NCBI GenBank assembly: GCA_050943255.1
Contig: JBMNOV010000002.1
Location: 38,605 to 62,604 of the forward strand
Direction: 5' to 3'
Length of the DNA stretch: 24,000 nt
From: Syntrophomonadaceae bacterium
GTDB taxonomy: Bacteria > Bacillota > Syntrophomonadia > Syntrophomonadales > Syntrophomonadaceae
Under the pieces are notes generated by a model. It saw only the letters and a list, made by a program, of their open reading frames with translations, was not told the DNA's origin and did not search any database. The position numbers and the translations under genes were made by a program. Position 1 is the stretch's first letter, and every line of letters begins with the position of its first letter. Positions 9,463 to 16,677 of the stretch are shown one piece after another.

Positions 9463-9672
9463 AACTAACAATCTGTTAAACTTGCACAGGCTTCATTTAT
9501 AATTTACTATCAGCTTGAATGCTTAGACAGAAAGATATTTCTCAGGGCGTCGGCCAGAATTACCTTCTCTTTGTCGTTTAGGTTCTTAGGATCGACACCC
9601 GGTTTTCTTTACAATAAATTTCACTCGCTTATTACATTTGTTGGCCAATAACAATAATGAAAGAACTGTCCC

Positions 9673-11634
9673 TTAGCTTAAAATAGGGTAATACTTTCTA
9701 AAGAACGTGGAAATATTACCCAGAAAGTAGTTCCCTGGGGACCAGTATCCACTTTTATTTTCGCTTGATGCCTGGCAGCAATACGGTAACATACTGCCAA
9801 ACCCAAACCTGTTTCCATTTTCTTTAGTAGTTAAGAAGGGAGTACCCAGATTTTTGAGCATTAGTTGATCAAGTCCTGGACCTTCATCCCGGATAAACAA
9901 GAGGGCATTATCATTCTCGGAACGGATACCAATAGTGAGAGTTCCACCAGTTGACATTGCTTCAATACCGTTACGGGTTAAATTAAGAATGAGCTGGCGA
10001 ATCTCTTTTTCATCAATAAATACCAGGGGAGCGTCATCTAGATCTAGTTTGACCTGTATATCTGAATACCGGGCATCTGCCAGTATCATAGGTTGCAGGG
10101 ATTCTATGATTTCATGCAGGTGGCAGGATCTTAAGTCTAAGGGTTTATCCTTGGCCATACCCAGGTAGTCAGAAATAATGGTGTTGGCACGGTCAAGTTC
10201 CTCAATCATCAAGTCATAATAATCTTGGTTTGAACTATCTTCTTTGCTCTTAAGCATTTGCAGGAAACCTCTTATCGAAGTCATAGGGTTCCTGATCTCA
10301 TGACCAATTGAGGCAGCCATTTCTCCAACCAAGTTTAGGCGGTCAAGTCGAGATAGTTCGCGTTCAAAATGCTCAGACTCTTTACGCTGGGTGATATCTT
10401 CCATAGTTCCTTCATAATAGAGAATTTCGCCTTTATCATCAAGTACTACCCTGATATTTTCCGAAACCCAGATAACCGTACCATCTCGGCGGCTTACCTG
10501 ATGCTCAAATTCATTCCTTTGCGTTTTGCCATTTAATATACTTTTATAATCAATACTGGATTTTAGGTTAAGTAATTCTTCAGGTTTATTATACCCCAGG
10601 ATATGTGCCATTGCTGGGTTAACTATCAGATAGTGACCGTCACAGGCTACCCGAAAAATCCCTTCGGTCGCATTTTCGAAAATGGAGCGATATTGCTGTT
10701 CGGCCTTCTGTAGTTCTGCAAATAACCTGGCGTTGTCCAGTGCACTAGCTGCAGCAATCGCCAGGATCTCCAGGGTCTTGATCTTTTCTGGAGGAAAAGC
10801 AGAAAGTTTCGTTGAACCAACATTCAATACCCCCACACACTTACCCCCATTTAGAAGTGGAATATTAATTACTGATTCAATCTCAGGAATGGGTAGTAAG
10901 GGTGAATATTGGGTATTTTTTTCAGCTCCCTCGACCAATCCCTGGGGGGCGGGAACCAGTTGCCCTACAATACTTTCCGAATATCGACCCCGGGCAATGG
11001 CTACATATAGTTCATTATTGGCATCAGCTGGCAGCAAAATTAATACCTCATTTGCCCCACTTTGATCAATAACTGTATCAACAAGCTTATTAAGAATAAT
11101 GTTAATGTCAAGGGTACGGGAAATAGTCATAGCAAGGTCATAAATCGCCATGCTCTCGCGCAGCTGTAGGTTCTCATTTTTTAGATGGTTTATTTCTAGA
11201 GCACGAGATAATACTGGCAAGAGAATGTCCATTTTAAATGGTTTTAACACGTAGTCAAACGCCCCTAATTTCATCGTTTCTACCGCTGAATGAACTGTAG
11301 CATATCCGGTCATAATGATGCTAATCATATGGGGGCTTATTATGCGAGATTTTTTTAGGAATTCTATTCCATCCATTTCGGGCATCATTAAATCAAGCAA
11401 AAGAATATCAAAGTCCTGTTCTTGTAAGGCTTTTAATGCTTTGATAGCAGATGAAAAGCCAGAGGCTTCATACCCCCTATTTCTCAGGGCTTCACACAAT
11501 GCGTCCACTAGTTGAATTTCATCGTCAACAATCAGAACTGTAATTAAATCTGTAGTATTCAGTGTACTCAACCTCCGGAAATGTAAATTAAATATTCTAT
11601 TGTAACGACCAAAAAAATAACTGTAGGGAAACAT
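9673..11634 (-). CDS. Hybrid REC-GAF-PAS-HisKA-HATPase histidine kinase with a frameshifted 3' end (possible pseudogene or sequence error)
   Basis: REC domain: VLIVDDE...ILLLDLMMPEMDG...MTGY...LKPF. A GAF-like segment and a PAS domain (QYRSIFENATEGIF...GTMEDITQRK) follow. The H-box is ASIGHEIRNPMTSIRGFLQML, the N-box LNLTRNGIEAM and G1 DEGPGL. After TTKENG the frame reads nonsense, while the adjacent frame reads a canonical G2 box and C-terminus (see finding). AAGGGAG lies 5 nt upstream of the ATG at 11634. Confidence 0.8.
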   Translation of the reverse strand: MFPYSYFFGRYNRIFNLHFRRLSTLNTTDLITVLIVDDEIQLVDALCEALRNRGYEASGFSSAIKALKALQEQDFDILLLDLMMPEMDGIEFLKKSRIISPHMISIIMTGYATVHSAVETMKLGAFDYVLKPFKMDILLPVLSRALEINHLKNENLQLRESMAIYDLAMTISRTLDINIILNKLVDTVIDQSGANEVLILLPADANNELYVAIARGRYSESIVGQLVPAPQGLVEGAEKNTQYSPLLPIPEIESVINIPLLNGGKCVGVLNVGSTKLSAFPPEKIKTLEILAIAAASALDNARLFAELQKAEQQYRSIFENATEGIFRVACDGHYLIVNPAMAHILGYNKPEELLNLKSSIDYKSILNGKTQRNEFEHQVSRRDGTVIWVSENIRVVLDDKGEILYYEGTMEDITQRKESEHFERELSRLDRLNLVGEMAASIGHEIRNPMTSIRGFLQMLKSKEDSSNQDYYDLMIEELDRANTIISDYLGMAKDKPLDLRSCHLHEIIESLQPMILADARYSDIQVKLDLDDAPLVFIDEKEIRQLILNLTRNGIEAMSTGGTLTIGIRSENDNALLFIRDEGPGLDQLMLKNLGTPFLTTKENGNRFGFGSMLPYCCQASSENKSGYWSPGNYFLGNISTFFRKYYPILS

Positions 11635-11698
11635 CTACGCTCCCTTGGAAATGTGATTTAAAGTTTTCAGTGCCTTTCAGAAAATCTATGTCTATTCC

Positions 11699-12508
11699 TT
11701 AATTGTCAATATAAGGAATTTTTATCGAAACGGTTGTACCTTGATCAACATTGCTGGTAATATTCATTACACCATGATGATCGGTTACAATGCGACTGCA
11801 AATGGGCAAGCCCAACCCTGTTCCTTTACCATCTGGCTTGGTAGAATAAAACGGCTCAGTCACCTTGGACAAAATTTGAGGTTTAATACCTATACCGGTA
11901 TCTTTAATATGAATAGCCACCCAGTCAGTTTGAGCATGTTCTACATTAACCTGAATGGTTAGAGTACCACCTTCAGGCATAGCATCAATGGCATTGGTAA
12001 AAAGGTTGATAAAGAGCTGTCGAAGCTCCTGATGATCACCGTAAATCATTGGTATGGACGACTGGAAATCACATATTACCCTGATCCGGTTACTTCGAAA
12101 GTGATAGCTGATAAGCTCCACAGCGTCTTCTATCTCCTGGCAGACATTTACTGTAGATACCTGCCGCTGTTTACGGCGGCTGAAATCAAGTAATTCTGAG
12201 ATTAGGGTAGCCATACGATCAATTTCACTGGATATTATTTTTAATGTTCTTTGTTTGGGGTCATCGGGGGAAATCTGAGCAACCAGCGATTCAACCCGCA
12301 GGCTCAAAGTGGTTAGGGGGTTATTAAGTTCATGAGCAATACTAGCTGCTAGCTCTCCCATTGTCGCCAGCCGAGCCGCTTGTAACAGTTGTTGATTTAT
12401 GGCCTGGACTTCCTCATTCTTTTTCTCCACCTCCATGGTCAAAGCGAGAAGGCCGCGATTAGTTTCATTTAGTTCTTCCTGCAGCATTCGGTTTTGCTCA
12501 AGTACCAA
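11699..12508 (-). CDS. Cytoplasmic sensor-less histidine kinase (coiled coil + HisKA + HATPase_c)
   Basis: H-box ELAASIAHELNNPLTT, N-box INLFTNAIDAM, G1 DTGIGI, G2 GTGLGLPICSRIV. There is no TM segment and no sensor domain, only a heptad-rich leader. The start is uncertain: TTG at 12508 has no good SD, and the frame stays open up to 12562. Confidence 0.8.
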   Translation of the reverse strand: MVLEQNRMLQEELNETNRGLLALTMEVEKKNEEVQAINQQLLQAARLATMGELAASIAHELNNPLTTLSLRVESLVAQISPDDPKQRTLKIISSEIDRMATLISELLDFSRRKQRQVSTVNVCQEIEDAVELISYHFRSNRIRVICDFQSSIPMIYGDHQELRQLFINLFTNAIDAMPEGGTLTIQVNVEHAQTDWVAIHIKDTGIGIKPQILSKVTEPFYSTKPDGKGTGLGLPICSRIVTDHHGVMNITSNVDQGTTVSIKIPYIDN

Positions 12509-12562
12509 ATCCAGCTTTTCTTTTAACTCTTTAATAATGCTCTTTTTATCGAATATGACTGC

Positions 12563-13597
12563 TCACCCCGCTTGCATTTTGCTATTTCTAGCCACAATGA
12601 CTGAAGCATCATCATCATCTCGGGCAAGTTTCCGCAGCAGGTACTGAGCAGTATAATTAGCTGATGCTTTAGCCAGTTGGGGAAAATCTGACCACCTCCA
12701 GGTTGTTGCCAAACCGTCGGTGTGAAGAACCAGTACCATTGATGGTTCCCAACAGTATTCAGCAGCAATAGGATCGGGTGCATTAAATCCAACAATTCCG
12801 CGTTGTACTGGGAAACTTATCGGGTTCGGGTAACCAAAAACCCGAGCTGAGATATTACCAACGCGGACAAAGGTTAATCTTACACCACCTTTACCCCAAT
12901 TAAACCGGGCTAGGGCCATTACCACCCCCCGGGTGCTCCGGCAAGCCTTTCCCGCCCCATGAAAAATCATGGGCAGGGGCTGATCATAATGGGCTTCAAT
13001 ATATTCTTGGGCAATTCTAGCAGCCTGGTGTGCATATTTCCCATGTCCTAAACCATCGATTAGCGCTAACAAAGCAGAGTTATTCCATTGCCTGATGATA
13101 AAACTGTCACCGTTAAATACCATACCTGGTCGTGCCCGGGAGGCTGAACCAAAAGAAAGCGGACAGCTTACTACTTCCGGGGAGTGTTCACGCCATTTTA
13201 GGCAAGTTACCAATGTGCCGGTTTGACCCTCAGTCCTGGATTCGATATAAAATTCGTCCATCAGCCGTTTTATAGTACCCAGACCGTAGCCAAGGGTACC
13301 TGAGGTTGAAAAACCATCAATTAACGCTTTCTCCACTTCTGCAATTCCTGGCCCATTGTCCTGGGAATCTATTTTTATTCCTAATTTGGTACCATTATTA
13401 AATCCAGTAAAAATCAATTGCCCGCCTCCGGCATGTCTGACCAGGTTAGAAGATAGCTCGCTTACGACAATGGCTAGATCTTCACTCTCTTTCAGGCTGA
13501 AACCTAAATCGACGGCCATAGACCTAACCAGACGTCTGGCCTCATAGGCATCACTAGAATGAGAGACCTGCAATACATACTTTGCGGGAAGGAGCAT
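12563..13597 (-). CDS. Fusion of an RsbT/RsbW-like GHKL serine-kinase domain and a PP2C (SpoIIE/RsbX-like) phosphatase domain
   Basis: N-terminal half: VSELSSNLVRHA (N-box), DNGPGI (G1), GYGLGTIKRLMDEFYIES (G2). This is clearly paralogous to the upstream RsbT-like protein. C-terminal half: GDSF, IDGLGHG, LHTDGL and DDDDASVIVAR match PPM/PP2C metal-binding motifs. The SD AGAGGTGA lies inside the 3' end of the upstream gene. Confidence 0.85.
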   Translation of the reverse strand: MLLPAKYVLQVSHSSDAYEARRLVRSMAVDLGFSLKESEDLAIVVSELSSNLVRHAGGGQLIFTGFNNGTKLGIKIDSQDNGPGIAEVEKALIDGFSTSGTLGYGLGTIKRLMDEFYIESRTEGQTGTLVTCLKWREHSPEVVSCPLSFGSASRARPGMVFNGDSFIIRQWNNSALLALIDGLGHGKYAHQAARIAQEYIEAHYDQPLPMIFHGAGKACRSTRGVVMALARFNWGKGGVRLTFVRVGNISARVFGYPNPISFPVQRGIVGFNAPDPIAAEYCWEPSMVLVLHTDGLATTWRWSDFPQLAKASANYTAQYLLRKLARDDDDASVIVARNSKMQAG

Positions 13598-13604
13598 TTT
13601 TATA

Positions 13605-14009
13605 TCACCTCTGCCATTTAGTAATTATTACAATAGTGCCTTCTCCAACTCGAGATTCTATTTTCATTTCATCCATTAATCTTTGCGCACCGGGAAGACC
13701 CAGACCAAGACCCTGGCTGGTAGAAAAGCCTTCTTGCATAACCTGTTTCAGGTTGGTAATACCAGGACCATGATCTTCAAAGGTCAACTCAATTCCCTTG
13801 GCAGCATTTCTTTCAAGGATACGCCAACGCATCAGCCCTAAGCCAGCATATAGATAAATATTGCGTGCCAGCTCTGAAGCTGCAGTGACAATACGCGTAA
13901 TATTGGTAAGGCTGAAATTTAATTTTTCACATTCCTCACGGACAGTCTTCCTTACCAGAATAATATCGCTCTCGTGCCTGATAGCTACTTCCCCATTAAT
14001 ATCAGCCAT
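13605..14009 (-). CDS. rsbT: RsbT-like anti-sigma-regulatory-factor-type serine kinase
   Basis: A 134-aa single-domain GHKL kinase with TAASELARNI (N-box), DHGPGI (G1) and GLGLGLPGAQRLMDEM (G2). It lies 3 nt after the RsbS-like gene. Confidence 0.85.
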   Translation of the reverse strand: MADINGEVAIRHESDIILVRKTVREECEKLNFSLTNITRIVTAASELARNIYLYAGLGLMRWRILERNAAKGIELTFEDHGPGITNLKQVMQEGFSTSQGLGLGLPGAQRLMDEMKIESRVGEGTIVIITKWQR

Positions 14010-14012
14010 TAT

Positions 14013-14384
14013 TTATCTCTCCCGTGGGCTCGTAACACCTATAATTTCCAAGGCTTGATCGACATTAAGAGCAGTTCTGACTCCTCCCAGATTCAATCCT
14101 AGCTGGGTGGCAGTTATAGCAACACTAGGTTGCATTCCAGCTATAACCGTCTCGCCGCCCATCAAAACCACCATCTGAGCTGTTTCAGCTATAACCCGGG
14201 CAAAAAAGGAGTCCAATGTCTGACAAGCAGATATATCCAATATTAGACCTTTAACCTGGTACCTCTCCATCAAGTTTAATATCTTTTCCTGAAGAATATT
14301 AATAGAAGTATCATCGGTATCAGATGGCATCGTCACCAATAACACGTCCAATATTCTTATTACCGAAATATTTTCTACACTCAT
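14013..14384 (-). CDS. rsbS: RsbS-like single STAS-domain protein
   Basis: A 123-aa protein. The motif LILDISACQTLDSFFARV aligns with the B. subtilis RsbS segment around phospho-Ser59 (DSF). The family pattern GMQPSVAITATQLGL is present. The SD GGAGAGG lies upstream. Confidence 0.85.
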   Translation of the reverse strand: MSVENISVIRILDVLLVTMPSDTDDTSINILQEKILNLMERYQVKGLILDISACQTLDSFFARVIAETAQMVVLMGGETVIAGMQPSVAITATQLGLNLGGVRTALNVDQALEIIGVTSPRER

Positions 14385-14412
14385 TATTAAACCTCTCCAT
14401 TTAACCTTGGTA

Positions 14413-16296
14413 TTAAGGTTGTTTTACCACCTGTAGCTTCAATAGGGTTAAAGCAAAAAATAATCCTGTGGCGAAAGAGGAGCGGGTATTCACATTAGAT
14501 AAATCAATGCCTAATTGGACAAGAGTACGGGCAATTTCTGGGCGAATACCAGTCAAAACCACCTCAGCCCCCAATAGATTAACTGCTTTAATGGTCTCAA
14601 TTAGATACCGGGCAGTTTGAGAATCAATGGTAGGCACTCCTGTAACATCAATTAAAGCAACCGCAGATCCCGTCTCTACTATTTTTTGCAGCAACTGCTC
14701 CATCAACTGCTCGGTACGAATACTATCCAGGGTGCCAATTACGGGTACAGCTACAATTCCTTCCCAAATCTGGATCGCCGGGGTGGAAACTTCCAGAATT
14801 TCTTGAGCCTGACGGGAAATGATCTCCTCAGCCCGTTTACGTTCTTCGATTTCTGCACGCAATATCTCATTAAGCCTTTCCAGCTCAGCCGTCCGCTCTC
14901 TGACCCGAAATTCCAATTCTTCATGGGATTTGCGTAGCGCCTCTTCCGCCTTTTTACGTTCGGTGATATCCTGCCCCTGAGCAATGGTTGCGATAACGGT
15001 AGAGCCATCCTCCGCAAAAATGGTAGCTGAATTCCATAATACCGTCCGCACTGAACCATCGATATGGGCAATGAGAATCTCTACAACCTCCCAACGCTCT
15101 CCAGAAGCTGTGCGGCGAATAAGGGCCATTGATTCTTCTTTTTGGGAATCAGGGAAAAGGATTTCCAGGGAACTACCCAGAACTTGGTCAGCGCTTAGCC
15201 CGGTTAAGCGTTCAAATGCCCGGTTAAACTGCACAATTCTATACTCCGGATCCCATACAATGATGGGTGCGTTAGCATAGTTAAGCAGGTTTTTCAGGTA
15301 AGCATTGGATTTACGGAAAGCTTCCTCGGCCTGCTTCCGTTGAGCTAGTTCCACATTTAGTTCAGCAGTTCTTTCATTAACCCTCGCTTCTAAAATATCA
15401 TATGCTTTTTGAAGTTCGGCTTCTGTCTCCTTGCGTTTGGTGATGTCAATTCCCATCTCCATAATTAGAGTAGAACCATCACTATCAATAAAAGGGATAT
15501 CATAAATTTGATAAGTGCGGCCATCTGGACCGATCCATTCCCAATCATGCCGCTTCATTTTTTCTAAACATTGAAAGGATTCGCAATTCGTGCATGGTTC
15601 GCTCAATCCAAATAGAAATTCAAAACAGCGCCTGCCCTGAGATTCGCCAAAACGCTCCCTAAAAAAGCGGTTAGCAAAAGGTACATGATAATCTTGGGTT
15701 ATCAGTATCAGGTATGCAGGTAGGTGCTCTAAAACATCATTAAATTGCTGCTGTTCTTTTATTAATTTCTGTTCTGTTCGTTTACGCTCGTTTATTTCTC
15801 TCTGTAGTTCCCGGTTAACTTGTTCCAGTTCTGCAGTACGACTTCTAACCATTAACTCCAATTCTTTATTAGATTTTTGTAATGCTTCCTCAGCTTTCTT
15901 CCTGTTGGTAATATCAATAATAACTAAAATGGATTCTCGGGTTTCTGGTATAGGTGCGGTGGAAACATAGGTATGGATAACGGTGCCATTTTTATGTTGA
16001 AAGCGTACATCACAACAATAATGGGATGTCTTATCAGGGTTACTTCTACTCCTTTGATAGTAATCATAGATATTATTTCTTTCTTCTAACAAGCAGAGTT
16101 CAGTCCATTTTTGTTTAGACTCTATTTCCTCTTTGGAATAACCCAGGAGAGTCACAAAATTATCGTTCACCTGCTTAATTGTAGCATCTTCCTGAGCTAT
16201 TACTATGCTGCAACCAGATATATCGAAAATGGTCTGATATGCCTTTAACTTGTAAAGAGCATCTGGGATCTCCTTTTGGTCAATACCTGAATACAT
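14413..16296 (-). CDS. rsbR: RsbR-like stressosome sensor: three PAS domains plus a C-terminal STAS domain
   Basis: The C-terminal ~120 aa (VPVIGTLDSIRTEQL...LIDVTGVPTIDSQTARYL...LTGIRPEIARTLVQLGIDL) match the RsbR STAS pattern, including the Thr of GIRPEIA-x-T. The N-terminus has three PAS-like units. They are joined by repeated linkers of the form IT-x-RK-x-AEEAL...RTAELE. The SD GAGGTGA lies upstream of the ATG at 16296. Confidence 0.85.
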   Translation of the reverse strand: MYSGIDQKEIPDALYKLKAYQTIFDISGCSIVIAQEDATIKQVNDNFVTLLGYSKEEIESKQKWTELCLLEERNNIYDYYQRSRSNPDKTSHYCCDVRFQHKNGTVIHTYVSTAPIPETRESILVIIDITNRKKAEEALQKSNKELELMVRSRTAELEQVNRELQREINERKRTEQKLIKEQQQFNDVLEHLPAYLILITQDYHVPFANRFFRERFGESQGRRCFEFLFGLSEPCTNCESFQCLEKMKRHDWEWIGPDGRTYQIYDIPFIDSDGSTLIMEMGIDITKRKETEAELQKAYDILEARVNERTAELNVELAQRKQAEEAFRKSNAYLKNLLNYANAPIIVWDPEYRIVQFNRAFERLTGLSADQVLGSSLEILFPDSQKEESMALIRRTASGERWEVVEILIAHIDGSVRTVLWNSATIFAEDGSTVIATIAQGQDITERKKAEEALRKSHEELEFRVRERTAELERLNEILRAEIEERKRAEEIISRQAQEILEVSTPAIQIWEGIVAVPVIGTLDSIRTEQLMEQLLQKIVETGSAVALIDVTGVPTIDSQTARYLIETIKAVNLLGAEVVLTGIRPEIARTLVQLGIDLSNVNTRSSFATGLFFALTLLKLQVVKQP

Positions 16297-16677
16297 GTAA
16301 TCACCTCAATTATTTATTTAGCTAAAACAACTACAAGTAGGCTTGGACTGATAGCTTTAATTGTTATAGCTTTTCCGCTCAGGTCAAGGGAATCTCCAAC
16401 AAACAAAACCCCGGATGGTAAATATCAGATTGTAATAGGGTTTTGGTTGAAGAATAATCATAATAAATATTCCCTAAAAAATACATATATCCTTTATTTC
16501 TAGATAATAAAAGAAATTTATACTAAAATAGCAAAATATTAAAATATGATAATGATTTGATCCTGGCTCTTTTAGAATAAAATATTTATCAAAGTGAAAT
16601 AAAACTTAAAATGAAATAGTATATACTGTAAGACACACAACATAGAAACATATATTTGCCCAGGAGGTTTTTACATA

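Noticed and set aside
9510-9608. A start-less open frame on the minus strand reading RKPGVDPKNLNDKEKVILADALRNIFLSKHSS*, considered as a gene remnant.
   Set aside because: It has no start codon or SD site, spans only about 33 codons, and I do not recognise the family. I mention it only as weak support for the AT-rich island.
10682-11065. Antisense or out-of-frame ORFs from the six-frame track. Examples: 61-357, 1964-2170, 2844-3068, 3764-4030, 5300-5515, 5578-5862, 7392-7718, 9935-10168, 10682-11065, 12399-12647, 12523-12795, 14751-15071, 14984-15280, 17187-17444, 18099-18347, 20179-20430, 21553-21819, 21602-21877, 22167-22385, 23178-23432 and 23420-23638.
   Set aside because: Each lies inside or opposite a longer ORF with clear family motifs. 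They have no SD or sensible start context, and their translations are low-complexity or Ser/Leu/Cys-rich in the way typical of antisense frames.
12563-12565. The in-frame TGA between the kinase::PP2C gene and the histidine kinase as a selenocysteine codon.
   Set aside because: The ~60 nt downstream are AT-rich, and I could not fold them into a SECIS-like stem-loop. Nothing about the protein context suggests a redox-active Sec. I kept the in-frame arrangement itself as a finding.
16404-16445. A hairpin, caaaaccc (16404-16411) / gggttttg (16438-16445), followed on the minus strand by TTTGTTGG. It lies in the 381-nt AT-rich region upstream of the RsbR-like gene. I considered it as a leader attenuator or riboswitch terminator.
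   Set aside because: The stem is only 8 bp with 5 A-T pairs, and the loop is 26 nt with no convincing internal pairing. I recognise no conserved riboswitch core. It is too weak to call without folding energetics or covariation.
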